Of a DNA stretch of 64,000 nucleotides, positions 49,067 through 61,816 are shown one piece after another; position 1 is the stretch's first letter; each line of letters starts with the position of its first letter. Where the stretch lies: positions 285,597-349,596 of the forward strand of contig BDGG01000020.1 in assembly GCA_001949185.1 (NCBI GenBank), written 5' to 3'. This DNA comes from Ramazzottius varieornatus. Lineage: Eukaryota > Animalia > Tardigrada. Made by a program: the position numbers and the translations under genes. The notes under the pieces were generated by a model. That model saw only the letters and a program-made list of their open reading frames with translations, was not told where the DNA came from and ran no database searches.

Positions 49067-49559
49067 CTTGCAGCTTGTTTTCTGCCTTTTCAGTGCTAAA
49101 ATATTGACGGTAACACTCGCTTATTTTCGTTTCAGTCGTACATGTTACTTCCACGATGTTTCCACTCTTGATTTAGTCAAGGTGCTTCTCGCTTGATTAA
49201 TTGATTATTCTTTACGGGCTGAATATGGCTTCTGACTGATGCCTGACGTCATTGGCATCTTGGCCAAGGATTCACGGAAGAGAACTTCAGAGGTTTACTT
49301 GTTCTCATCGTGTCTTGACTTTCTTCCTTTATTCTGAAAAGTCAATACCGACCACTGATAAATATCATATGAAACCCAGACTGTTTTTAGTTCAAGCTTC
49401 GCAAATCCGAAGGGAAGAAGAAGCTGGTGAACTGCAATTCCAGCGTACTCGGAAGCGACTGAGAAAAGTTTATCGGAAGACTACATTTTTCTGTATTGTT
49501 TGTTTCTTTCCTAGAAGAAGCTTCTTTCAGAATCTGGGTCCCACATTCGACGCTTTTTG

Positions 49560-50175
49560 ATCGAAAAGTCAGCTGTTGCTCAAGAAACTTTCGATAGCTT
49601 TTCATGATCTGATACAGGATAGCCAGAATGTGCAAGAACCTTTTTCGACTTCCTCGCACGCTGACGCCGCCATCAGCTTTGGCGCATCTCACAGACGGTT
49701 TCTGGTAACGACTCAAGTCGATGATGGTGAGGTTCGCCACCAGCAATATTTCACAGCGATCTTTTTGCAGAGAGAAGCCATGATTATCAGGCACACTCAA
49801 GAGCGGTTCGATCAGTCCACGGGGAACCTCCTTCAGACCACTATAAATGAACAGTAATAGAGCATCCACGCTTCGGCCGCCCAGATCCGGAAGTCGACAC
49901 AGTCCAACCTGCACTTCAGCGCCACTGCGGGTCCACACGTCGGTAAAGTACTCGGAGCGCTCTTGAAAAACTGTGATCTTGGCAGATTTAAATGTCGAGT
50001 GTGTCTTCAGTGACGATAACACCGGTGTCCCGGTTCGTGCAAACCCGTCGATCAAATCAACCTTGTACTGAAAGGCCATGCGGAGGTCGAACGTGTTATA
50101 GTTTTGCAGAAACGATGTTTTTCCATACTGTGAAGTCAAAAACCGCTCGCACGGCAAGCACACAGAGATCGACAA
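49560..50175 (-). pseudogene. Decayed BTB-domain paralogue of the neighbouring gene
   Basis: QERSEYF..EVQVGLCRLPDLGGRSVDALLLFIYSG..LIEPLLSVPDNHGF parallels QARSDYF..EVKSGRCVLPDIDGKTLQVLIAYMYSG; the frame is lost after the BTB domain. Confidence 0.7.
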
Positions 50176-50871
50176 TGAGATCTACCGGCGACCGAGACCG
50201 TTTCTGGTGCGGAGGTCCGCCCAGTAACCGAGGCATGAAACGAAAAATAAAGGAAGGTCCAATCGATCGCTCCCTCATCAATAAAGATCTCTTTTGTGCA
50301 GACCACTTCGTTTTCATACCATCGGATATCTTGCTACTCCATTTCCTGCTGAGATGCTGCAGTCGGTCTGCCGGGTTACACGGTCCTACAGAGTGTTGAG
50401 TTAGGGTGTTCGGGCTGGTATGTACGACAGAACCGAGTTGAAAATACGAATCCAACATGCGGCACAAGTATCGATAATTAGTGAGCATTATGAAGCGTAT
50501 TTTACAATCGTATCACAAAGGGTGTTCTAAATAGAAAAGCTATGAATATCTGAGCTACGAGTACAAGGCACAAATGCGCGACTAAACGAATTACAGTATT
50601 TACAGTTTACGCTTGTGTCGTCTCGGTTTACGAACAGCCCACTTGCAAAATGCTTGAAGCTGCAGATTTTGTACAGTTGGAACGGTAGAATTCGTAGGAC
50701 TCGCATGGAAGTCTAAAGATTTTCGTAGAATATGTTGTTCTGTGGGACAACACAAAACGAGATGAGCAAAGAAAGAAAGTTTCTTTCGGGATCTAATCTT
50801 CATTACTCAGTCGAAGTTCGTGAGGCATGTTAATTCTGCATGTGAGCGAGCCCTATCTTTCGGAAAAAGAT

Positions 50872-52109
50872 TCAGCTCCTTACTGCCGCTCTCATCACAG
50901 TCAGGAGTTCCGGGTTCCCGTTCTTCCTCATAAAATCCACTCCACCGGTGTCCCTGAAGACTGCATACCCACCTTTGATCATTTCCAGACACGCGTCGCG
51001 AAGTTTTAAGGCCGAATGGCGATCAGCCAGAACAAGGAAGTGCGCCGCACATCCCAGCATCAACCGAGAAATCAACCTGGTTTCACAGTACTCTTTTAGG
51101 ACCGTAAACTGATACTTATCGGCTGTTCCAAGCAACGACTGAACCAGGTCCTCCGGCACCTTTGGAACTCCGCTGTACATGTAGGCTATGAGTACTTGAA
51201 GCGTTTTCCCATCTATGTCGGGCAGTACACAACGGCCACTCTTGACTTCTTTGACATCAGAACTGAGCATTGCCGCAAAATAGTCAGAACGCGCTTGGAG
51301 TATCTTTCGATGTACTGCAAATTGCTTTCCGTCATTCGACACCAGTGTGAAATCCTGGCCTTCTTTCAGATGTAACAAGTGGGAAAAATCCTCGGCGGGT
51401 TCGCGGTCCAGTTCGGACGTATCGCTTTGCGGCTCAGCTACCGTGCACTGTATGGAGGTAGCGGAATAAACGTACTCAAACTGAACGCGCATATTGAGCG
51501 TGTCATGCTGCAGAAGAGGGATCTGGTCGTCCTTGGGGCTCCATACGAACTCTCCCGGTAGGCTTAAGTATACCACTGGTCCACCATAGTTTACTAGAAT
51601 TTCGTGGGTCTTGAATGCAGCGTCGTCCGTAAAATCATCGCTCCCTTCGAAGTAAATAATGCGGTCTCTCTCGTCCAGTAGGCTGGGAACCAATACGCCA
51701 AAATCAAATATACTGTGTTGGTAAAAGATTAAAAGTTTTCTCAAGTTACCGGACGGTTACTCCAGCTTAATTTATGACTCCGAGAGAGAATGCGTCGTTG
51801 CTTGTACCTGAATTTCCATCGGAAGCAAAGTTTTCCATAGCACAGGCATTCCGGATTTTTACTGTCGGTGATTTCACGGCATAGATTGAAAACTATGCGT
51901 TCTCTTCCGTTGGCTCCGATGGATGTCAGGCTCAGGTACCACACACATGAGTCGATGGTGGATAATGAGGATGCAGATCGAAATTCCGACTTTCCAGCCA
52001 GGTAGTCCACCAGCCGAGAAAATTTAGGGATAGTCCAGTCGATAGTACCACCAGTTATCTGCGTGGACACCACATGAGAAGCCCTGTTCGACGTGGGAGT
52101 TGATGCCAT
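50872..52109 (-). CDS. SPOP-like (divergent MATH plus BTB) Cullin-3 adaptor. Exons 52109-51808 and 51712-50872
   Basis: IDWTIPKFS..VWYLSL MATH-like start and DFTLVSNDGKQFAVHRKILQARSDYFAAML..ADKYQFTVLKEYCE BTB; a 95-nt phase-2 GT-AG intron joins the two ORFs in frame. Confidence 0.88.
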
Positions 52110-52374
52110 ATATTCGGTCTTTTTCGTAATATTCTCTTATGTAACCAACACCGAAGGGAATAAGATGGCAGCAAAAGAACGATGTTTTGTCCTGGTGTAA
52201 TCGGCTGCGTTTAAACTTGTGAGTTAGTCTAGATTATGCGAATGATACGCAAACACTTTTGGCGTTCATACTTTCTCCAGTCTGAAGTCTGATCGATAAA
52301 CAGAGGAAGTTGTACTCGTACAGCTGCTGTTCGTTGACTGCTGTGAGAGTTTGCAGTGAGCGCAAATATATGTA

Positions 52375-52664
52375 CGAGGGGAAGGTTATAAAGTTAACCG
52401 TCTAAGTTCACCTGTTCTCTACTACTCAATCCCAAACTTTTAGGGATGGATCGATAGATAAAATAGTGAGCTGTCGAATGGTATTAGACACAGTCAACAC
52501 GAAGAGTCAGAGAATCCAAGAGATCCGCAATTAAACGAACGTTGAAATCTCATGTTAAAAAGCCAAGACTGACAATCAAATAGTCAATCAAGCGATGGAC
52601 GCTACAGGCGTGGCTAACCGTACAAACCCGCTTTGGGGTTGCTAAGTTTACAATCTTTACCTCG
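52375..52664. mobile_element. MITE related to the adjacent pogo-like element
   Basis: TA|CGAGGGGAAGGTT...AATCTTTACCTCG|TA; shares GGATGGATCGATAGA.AAAAT with the left end of the 52691 element. Confidence 0.8.
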
Positions 52665-52690
52665 TACTCGTACACGTAATACAACATGTA

Positions 52691-55382
52691 CGAGGGAAAG
52701 GTTGTTGAGTTAGCCGGCCTATGTCGAGGTTGTTCAGTTAGCCACATATTTTCGCCTCTTATCTGTGACTAATATCCCAATTATTTCGGATGGATCGATA
52801 GAGAAAATGAGGGGCTGCCGGATAATACTATGTGTAACCAAAGATGGGTTCTGGAAGACTCTACGGATCTTCATATTTTAGAACGCTTGAATCGCATGTT
52901 GCAGAGCCTGGACCGGAAATGACCTCGAGGCCACTAGAGGCGCTCGCAGCGTAAATCTAGTTGACGACGTGACTTGATTTTATACGACAGGGCCAAATTC
53001 CTTTTGCTGCACTTTTTGTATTTTCACCGTAAGTCAAAAATGACATCTCCCAAGCAGAAGACTGCAACAGAAGCTCATGCTCAACTTACATTGGAGGCAG
53101 CATCTTATGCCGTGGATAAACTGGGATGAATTGAGCGGAAATCATCAATACTGTACGGAGTCAATCGACGGACGCTGATTAATCGGCTGAACATCTTGGG
53201 CCTCACGGAAAGCAGCCGAAAATACCTCCTCAAGAAGAAGCTCTTGCTGAATTTTCGCTGGCTTGTTCTGACACGGGAATTCCGCTAAATCGACAGCACT
53301 GCGCGGCAGCAATCGTGGAGATGAATAACCGACTTGGTGCGTGGAATTGTTTATTCTCGTAATTTGTCTTCCGATCTTGCTTACGTCGATCGTATTTTAA
53401 TCTCAACATGTTTTAGGCCTAAAGCACACAGCCTTCAACGATCAACATGTCCGTCGATTTCTGCAGCGACATCCCACGTTGTCCATACGAGTAACCCACG
53501 CAAATAACCGAAAGAAAGACCGCGAATGGACACATGAATTAGCGGACAAATACATCAGCAAGCTGACGGAGCTACTTTTCCACCGAGGCTTCCTCGACGA
53601 ACCAGAACAAGTGTGGAATCTGAACGAGTCAGCCTTCAATCCTGCAGAAATGTTCGACAGGGTGGTAGGACGAAAAGAAATGCGTCAAATTTATTCCCAA
53701 TTTGATGGAACGGAGAAAGAACTGGTGACTATATTACCATGTGGTGACGCCGCTGGACTTCAACTTCCGTTCATGACACTCTTTTCGGGTAAACGACACG
53801 TTCGTTCACGACCAGATGGTACAAGTGGACACTGCTATCAAGGAGTGAATGATTCCGGAAGCATGGATCAACTTCACTTTGCCAATTATGTTAAGTTGAC
53901 AGTATTTCCGGCAATGACTAAAATGAAGGTTAGCCACAGTGTACTCAATACGTTACGCACTACGTCACTACACAGTGAGCGATTTTTCCTGTTGTAGAAT
54001 TCACTGATTCCTATACTACGATGTCATCTGTGTCTTATTATAGAGTGGGATATTCGTGGATGGACACTTCTCTCAGGTCAACAATTTCACTTTTATGAAA
54101 TACATCAAAGAATTCGAGGCAGAAACCGGCAAGATCTTTTACGTCTTCGCACTACCTGCTGGACAAACGAGTCATCTGCAGCCTTTTGATATCTCCGTGT
54201 TTGGGCAAGTCAAGGAATCGTGAGCTGAATACTTGAGACACCGTCATATTATGATAGGAGGACTGGTGAGATTTACAACAGATATATTTCAGTGAAATTT
54301 AGTGGTGATTATTTAATGTGATGTAATTCTCAGGTGACGAAGGATATTCTTTTGTCTCATCTGGTAAAACTGTGGTTTCATACGGGAGAATGCCTCCCTC
54401 AACACTCTTTCAACTCCGGACAGAATCTTGTATCCGGATTCCGAAAATCGGGACTGCTTCCATTCAGTCCTGGAGTAAATCGTGCCACTGTGAAGACTCG
54501 TCATTGTCCTAGTGATCGTTTGATCCCGGGGGAGGTCGCTGCAAAAGACTATCAGCCCATTTTTGAACGTTTAACGGAATCTGCTAAGCTTGATATCGTT
54601 GACCAGAAAGATCGTGACGACATTCTGGAGTTCATCAGGTTAAAGCAGCGAGGTGTGACTCCGGGCGCCGTGCTAGCTGCTTCACTCCAAGCTTCGCTGT
54701 TCACTGTCGCACCAAAGAAAGCACGTCGAGAAAAAAGCGATCACCTGAACCTTGATGCTGGAGGTTTGATCAATGAGGACAACTTTCAGTCTGCGCAGGC
54801 CGCAAAACGTGCTGCTGTGAAAGCAGCTAAGGACGCCTCTAAAGCTGCAAAACGAAAGTCGAAGTCTAATCAAGAGGAAGTTCAGGAAACATCAAGCATT
54901 TTGCATAAAGCTGGAAAATGCGTAGCGGTCAGAAAAGTCAACTTGGCGAAGCGAAAAGCATCATCGAGCCACGAGCCAGAAGACATTGCCCAAGAAGTTC
55001 CACCAAGACGGACACGTGTTGCAAAGAAACAAAAGATAGCTTGAGGGATAATCGACCCTATGATCTGAAGCGGGTTCCGCTGTTTTACCTCTTAATCAGT
55101 ATTCTGACCTCGATATTATTTGTTTTATTGAATAACCACTGAGAAGATTTCAGGGAAGTGTGATGAGCTGGTTATGCGATGGATAGTTTAGTCGCGAAGA
55201 TGTCGAAATCTACGTTCTGTGTATTTGACGGTATGGTGTCCACTACACCGCAGTTTGAAAAAGCGCTATTACTTATACCACGACTCAAGGCTATAGCACT
55301 GCCTGTGCTCCGCCACATACCGCAAGGGTGGCTAACTCAACAACCGCAGCATGGGGCGGCTGACTCAACAACCTTTCCCTCG
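52691..55382 (+). mobile_element. pogo/Tigger-like (DDE_1) transposon with a pseudogenised, intron-containing transposase (53040-55044)
   Basis: ~55-bp TIRs CGAGGGAAAGGTTGTTGAGT.AGCCG, flanks TA and TG. psq HTH, RRFLQRHP, WNLNES (D to N), FVDGHFS, HLQPFD, in-frame stops, GT-AG introns near 53929 and ~54267-54333. Confidence 0.9.
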
Positions 55383-56818
55383 TGCACGCAGTTTGCCTCA
55401 TTATCGGCCGAGACAAAGTTACGGTCACCGGCCGAGAGCGACAGCGCGTCGATTGATTAGTTTGATTGCTCAGCTTCAGCTGGCACCCGTCGCTTTCGGC
55501 CGGTGGCCGGTAATTTGTCCCGGGCGATAATGAGTCAAATAACTCAAATTGCGTGTACCGGTGCTTGAAATAATGTACAGTGCAGCCTGGAGCAGCTGGA
55601 CAGCACAGATGGTGGAACTTGACAATGACCAACGATACGTGGATAGATTCTATTAAGCCTGCGACAGTCCAGTCAACGCCCTGCTCGATGTTACAGGGAT
55701 AGCAGGTTGCAAGGACGTATTAGGAGGGGGGCGGGCAACTCGGCAATTGCGCAACTTTTGGGACTTTTGGGAATTGCGGATTTGCAATTTTTAACGGTAT
55801 CTCGAAAAAGATTTGCGGATCTGCAGTGTTAACAGCCTCCTCCGCCAAACCTCAATACGTCCTTGGCAGATGGTATGGCAGAATAGAACAACTAGTTCTG
55901 TGCAGGAGAAATCAGCTTGGGTTTGTACCAAAACATCCAGTTCGCGAAAGCGATTGAATTGAAGCGGGCAGTTCGAAAACAATTAAATCACAGGTCAGTT
56001 AGAAGTTAGAAAACAATTAGAAATCAATTAAATCATTTTGAATGCGGGAGTCGTTTTATGATACAGTTCAGACTGGGGGATCGTTGGTGGATCCGGAGCT
56101 TGATTATGCGCCGTGAAACTTTTTCTTCATATTCATCAAAAATCGTCGTCTCCAGCCGTGTCCATGCGGTATTCCTGTCTTTTCCTCCCGTTCTGCTGGG
56201 AACGTGAAGCAGCAACATGGCCTTGATTGGAGTCGCCAACGTCGTCGTGGAGGACTCGAGCAGCAGGTTGTTTGCTCTAAGCCTAGAGCGAGAGTCCCTT
56301 CTGCCTTCCCCGGGCTTTCGATATCCACCATTAAGTCCTCCTTGCTTGCCAGGTATAGCACCGTGCTCCCTATGCCACGCTGCCCAAGTTGCGGTTAACT
56401 ACAAACACTTTGCAGCGGGCAGTTTGAATTCAGCCAGTCTCACCGAAACATGCATCAAGGAGAAAGGTGGCAGGGGGAAGACCAAGTTACAGTCTTGATT
56501 TCGGGGGGTAACGCGGAAGTACCGGGGAGTCACGTGATCGACATGGTGTCGTTGTAGAACCGGTCAAGACCGTGACCATTAATCGTGTAACGTACGCATT
56601 CGATCGAACTCGTCTACATACGCACCTTTGTCCAGGCCGCTAATTAGGCCAGGCGCGTGTACGAACGTTTTCACCCCAAGCAGCAAACTAACAGCGGAAA
56701 GCACGCGGCAGAGCCTCACGCAGATCTGCCAAAGACAAGCACACCAGATCGGATCTAGAACCACAGCCAGCGAACACATAATGTTACCAAATGGTTGCGT
56801 ATAATGTACGCTGAAGTA

Positions 56819-56963
56819 CTGTAAATATTCGCGGCGTCCGCGAAGTACGTCATCGTACAAGTGAAGTACAGCCCCGGTCGGGTTTCACGCATTGCGCAAC
56901 CCCTTACAGGGATGTATCGTCACGTACGTGTAGGTACTGCGCGGACGCAGCGAATATTTACAG
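56819..56963. mobile_element. Tc1/mariner/pogo-type MITE (145 bp)
   Basis: TA|CTGTAAATATTCGCGGCGTCCGCG...CGCGGACGCAGCGAATATTTACAG|TA. Confidence 0.88.
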
Positions 56964-58891
56964 TACCTTAATTTTGAACATACTCAGCAGAGTGAAGTAT
57001 ATCTTTCTCGGAGCAAGCACACGAGATCGCTTATTGTTACCAAGGTCAGAGGCAGGCACCTGTGCCTCATCTGACGCAGGGTCTGATTTCTTTCCCGCTG
57101 CGGTATTCCCGTTGCGGGGAAAGGGGTCCGCAGGGGATCTCGGATGTAAACGTAAACTATAGATTCATTAGCCGAAATCGAGCAACGTAGGAGAAACAAG
57201 GTGAAGGAGGGCGGAAATCACCAATTCGGACCTTCTGTCGAAGTGTTGTTGGCTTTTGTGCTGGAGTTTACCATTTTGAGATCTTTAGTTCTTAGTCGCA
57301 GTCAAAAGATCGCGAACAGAACTCCACACTCTTGACTCCTACTATGCAGATCGGATTGACAAAGAAATTTGCCACAGGCTGTTGTGTAAGTTCAGTCATA
57401 ATCTCCAGTGAAAGGCTTGGCCATTTTGAAATGCCGATGAGACTTCTGGTTATTTTTGAAACATTGTAATTGACTTTAAAGGAGCTGGTTTATTACGGAA
57501 AATAACACGGCGAGCCAAAGAAAGAACCTTCAGCTCCACAAAAATACACTTTCTGGTGATGTCAATCCGGCAAACACCTTAAAACCGCCGACCTACGGAC
57601 TACACCACGCTCGGAACAGCTCGCCACCACCTGGCATTTTGACTTAGACACATCTCCAGAAAGGTGGAAGCATGATTCAGCCAATTTGTAGATACAGGTA
57701 CTGGCAAGACAGATAGGCTGGTATAAGAATAAAGCAGTGGACTTTGATGTCTTATGTTATTGTGTAAATGAAGATGTTAGGGGAATAGCAAAGCATACGA
57801 AGAAATCCAAAGAAACGAGCTGCTGAGCGAAATGAATCCATTAAAAATGTTTATAATTCAAAAGATAGTGAAAAATATTTTGTGGCTCACGAAACGAAGG
57901 GGGGTTCGCTTCGTCATCCGACTTGACTCGGTCTCTAATATGTTCGAGCGATGCTTCAGCTGGCAGATACCGTTGAGGAACGCAATTCGGGCCCGGCTGG
58001 CGCAAGTCTTCCATCCCGGTCAATCAAACAATCAAAACAAATTTTGACCAGCTCTTTTCAACTTGGTGGGCTGATTACTGCCACGCAGTTTACCATGGCG
58101 AACTTGAATTATTTTGGTCCGTCGTTTCGAGTGGCACGAGCTTTGCAACTTCTGAAAGATTCCAACGAACGCTTTTCTCAAACAATATATCTTAAAGTCC
58201 ATTAGTACTCGTTTTCTGCATTCTTCTTCTGGTTTTGCAATTACCCTAATGAGTTACACTTATAACTGATCTGCAGTTAACGCTGTAGCTGTTTTTCCTT
58301 ACTTCCTGCCTAGCTGTCGATTAGCTCGCACTTCCGGTAGACATCTGTTTTGTACAGTACATAGAGTACTTCATGCTCAGTTTTCCCTTTCGAGCCTTCG
58401 AATTCAAGACTTGTACTGGCCATAGTCATCCTTGTTTCTCGCAAGTGTCGCTTGCAGAGAAAATTGTCTCCCGCCGCCCGCCCCTGTCCTTAGTTTTTTC
58501 ATATCCTCATAAAAGGAGCTTTGCATTGCAATATGCAAGCTTCCATATCGCCAGTTCTTCCGGGTTCCTTGTAAAATGGCCTTTTCTTGGTGTGAGCGAA
58601 AGTGTTGTTAACGGTACGGTGCCAAACCAGAGCTCTTGCTATGTACTTGATCTCGCGCTGTTCTTCGTTGAAGCGATTGATGGTCGATGGGTCCACTGCA
58701 TACGCTTGGTAGCGTGGAAACTAATTAACCCGACCACAGGCATCACTCGATTTGACACAAGCCTATTCGGGAAACATCTTCCCATGAATCATTGGAGTAC
58801 AGCAAATTAAAACATGTTCAGATTGTTACTGAGAGATGCGTTCATATGCAATACTTTCCACCAAACTGTACTACGTTTTCCGGTGTCACCC

Positions 58892-59332
58892 ATGAATGTA
58901 ATGCGACTAGTGGTAGTTGCCACCTGTGTGGAAGCTGCTCGGTCAACTCTGACCTGTTATGTGTATAAACCGGCATACTACGAATTCATTCACAAACAAG
59001 ATCTTGACTATGCGGATGATAACTGTGAAACCAATTGGTACCGTCCTAACTGCACCGAGGGCGAAGTGTGCGTGACATCACACCTGAAAGGTTTGTGGCA
59101 CCAAGGTCATACTCTACAACTTTTCTGTGGCTCACTGTAGAGGATGGTTGGCCTCTGGGCAGGTTATGGGGTAATCACAAGCTTATCCAGAGGGTGTTCG
59201 ACTGGGACACATCCAGAGGACACGCCCACGGGTGAATGTAGAGTTGAATATGGAAACACCGGCGCTACATACGTGGACTGTTTCTGCAACAGCAGTTTGT
59301 GCAACAGCCAATTGGAAGCACTACAGTACTGA
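58892..59332 (+). pseudogene. Ly6/uPAR three-finger (quiver/sleepless-like) gene, truncated or damaged. Exons 58892-59105 and 59163-59332
   Basis: Weak signal peptide, LTCY..C..C..C..RGC..C..CFCNSSLCN pattern. The second Cys reads Tyr (CYVY) and there is no GPI signal. Confidence 0.7.
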
Positions 59333-59521
59333 ACCAACTCACGTCTTCTCATATGGAGAATCGCCTGAACTGGTGTCTGTCTTACTCGTACGCTTATTAC
59401 TCGGGGATATTCACCAAACTGATTTTCACGAATGAAGTCCGCTTCGACTTGCACGGAGGTCGTTTGGAGGAGCGAATTCTAACGTGGGACCCTTCAGACC
59501 ATGTCACTCGCCGATCACGAA

Positions 59522-60090
59522 ACCACTGCTTTTCTTTGATTTCTTGAGTTCCTTAGATTTCTGCAAAGTATCGGGAAGAAAGGCGAATGACGACTTCCTG
59601 GAGCTGGAGAAAATCCTGAATGTGCGTCGTCCACCTTAGAGCCAGTGTTGTAGACAGTATAGAGTTACACAAGACAACCCGAAAACTGCTCGCTTATTTC
59701 CATCAAACTCTAGATGTCACATATGGGAGGTGTAAAATGTATCTTCAAACCTCATACGGGCTACCACCGACGAAAGCATAATTTTCAGGAGAAGTCTCTC
59801 TGGATTATTCGTACAAGTTGCGGCGCTGTAAAATCTTCCGCCAGAAATGGAGAACACGATTTTGGCCATTTCCCACTGTTATGTGGTTTAAAACTTCGTT
59901 TACACCTCCCACACGTGACATCTAGAGTTTGATAGATTTCGGGTTCTTGTGTAACGCTATACTGCCTGTAAAACTGGCTCTACGGTGGACGACGCACATT
60001 CAGGATTTTCTCCAGCTCCAGGATGTCGTCATTTGCCTTTCTTCCCGATACTTTGCCGAGATCTAAGCCTATCACGAAAAAGCAGTGGTT
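59522..60090. mobile_element. Foldback element with ~210-235-bp inverted arms
   Basis: 59522-59758 versus reverse complement of 59880-60090, e.g. TCCTGGAGCTGGAGAAAATCCTGAATGTGCGTCGTCCACC exact; termini AACCACTGC/GCAGTGGTT. Confidence 0.88.
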
Positions 60091-60208
60091 CTGATAATAG
60101 TAATATTTTATTATGGTAGATAATAGTGGACGGGTTTAGCATCTACTATATTTATTGATATTTAGTAAACAGATATGGGCGCCGATACCTGACATTAATA
60201 TTTTAGTA

Positions 60209-60361
60209 CTGTAGTGCTTCCAATTTATCGCGCACTCAACCACGTGAACAGTGAATGATGCCCGGGTGAGGGTCACAGAGACGACACTGAGTCATCTGAC
60301 CGTACTGGGCAACGATGAATCATCACGTAGTCGAGTGCGGGATAATTTGGTAGCACTACAG
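60209..60361. mobile_element. TA-flanked MITE (153 bp)
   Basis: TA|CTGTAGTGCTTCCAATTTATCGCGCACTC...GAGTGCGGGATAATTTGGTAGCACTACAG|TA. Confidence 0.85.
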
Positions 60362-60580
60362 TACGAAACTGAGGTCCAATATTTTAATATTATTGAGATG
60401 TCTATTCATTTGTATTAAAATATCTTTCAATAAGAGTAGCGGTGGCGTTGATTCGAAAACCGGTTGATCTGCTAAATCATGATCCGTGTGCGCTAGTTAT
60501 GTGGTGTGGGACCACGCCTCGCAGAGTGCCACATATCCCAACGATGCCTCCACACCCGTACGGTGGGGCTATTGCAGATG

Positions 60581-60771
60581 TATGGTGAGCCGCGCGACTC
60601 AAAAATCCACAGTACTTTTACCGCGGGTTCATGCGCGGAGAAACTCCATGCGCGGTCAAATATTTTTACCGCGCCTGTAGGCGCGGAGAAACTAGTGCGG
60701 TTTTACTGTTTCACCGCGCATGCACCCGTGGTAAAAGTACTGTGGACTTTTGAATCGCCCGGCTCACCATA
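60581..60771. mobile_element. MITE with TATGG termini and 6-bp TSD (IS3EU-like)
   Basis: CAGATG|TATGGTGAGCCG...CGGCTCACCATA|CAGATG, ~60-bp TIRs, internal CGCGG repeats. Confidence 0.85.
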
Positions 60772-61059
60772 CAGATGCATACACTTATACCATGTACCTA
60801 CATACAGTGTGGCACACTAAAGCGCCACCTCACAGAGTGCAGGACATCACTGGAACATCATCAGAACATCACTGGACTGGATCCTCCTGTTTCTAAATCA
60901 CTGAATCACTGAAGTCTTAGTTATGCATATGACGCGCTCTTTGAGACATTGTGCTTTTCTCTAAATGTGATATTTCCCTGAGGAGAATCGAACGCAGAAA
61001 GACCTTCAACATGACACTCCCGTACTGACAAGGGGTGGCTGCAGGTACTGGGGCGCGAT

Positions 61060-61432
61060 CTCAACAACAGCTCCCCTCTTCGATTGTCTGTTGCAATACC
61101 CGGGCAAGTATGGACTTGACAACTGCTGCAGGGTGGGTCATCGGTCCACACTTCTAACCACACAACGAACTTTCTCGAGCGCGAAGGTATCATTCCTTGA
61201 GCCGCGAAATCTCCCGATCTGAACGTGGTCAAGAACGTGCAGGGCTTGATGAACCAATATACCGTCAAGCAACACCCGAAGATCCCAGAAGAGTTAGACC
61301 GCTACGTCAAAGAAGCCTTGGTCACGAAGGGAAACTTTGGTCACGACAGTTTATTGTAGAAAGCTACTTGGATCCATGGTTAGTCGTTGTAACGACTGCA
61401 TCCGGAACGAAGGTGCTCGGATCTCGTATTGA
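61060..61432 (+). pseudogene. 3' remnant of a Tc1-type transposase
   Basis: DN..GHRS, TTNFLEREGIIP*AAKSPDLNVVKNV (decayed WPxxSPDLNPIEN) and terminal CIRNEGARISY*. Confidence 0.75.
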
Positions 61433-61610
61433 TGGTTACGTTCTCTCGATGAACGCCTTGCAGCTGCAACTGAGTCAGAATGGGATGATTTGGCTTACCC
61501 GAACGACCAGACTACAATAAAGAGCAACTACAACGATGACTCGCTTATTCCGAGCACATCTTCTGGATACAGAGGGCAAGCACCGATTTCTTTTCCATTT
61601 AGTCTGCTGA

Positions 61611-61816
61611 ATGTGCCGGCGAGGACCGTGTTTTATACGCATGTTCCTTGCCTTGTATAAGCCGGCGACCAATGTTTCGCACATGCCGGCGAGGTCTGAA
61701 TTGTTTCGCCGGCGACCTCTGTCTTGCACATGCCGGCGAGGCCCGTGTTGTATACGCCTAATCACTGACTTGCATAAGCCGGCGACCACTGTTTCGCACA
61801 TGCCGGCGAGGTCTAT
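61611..61816 (+). repeat. Imperfect direct repeat (~119-bp period) built on GCCGGCGA motifs
   Basis: TGCCGGCGAGG.CCGTGTT.TATACGC...ATAAGCCGGCGACCA.TGTTTCGCACATGCCGGCGAGGTCT at ~61611-61697 and ~61730-61816; the motif recurs up to ~63790. Confidence 0.8.
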
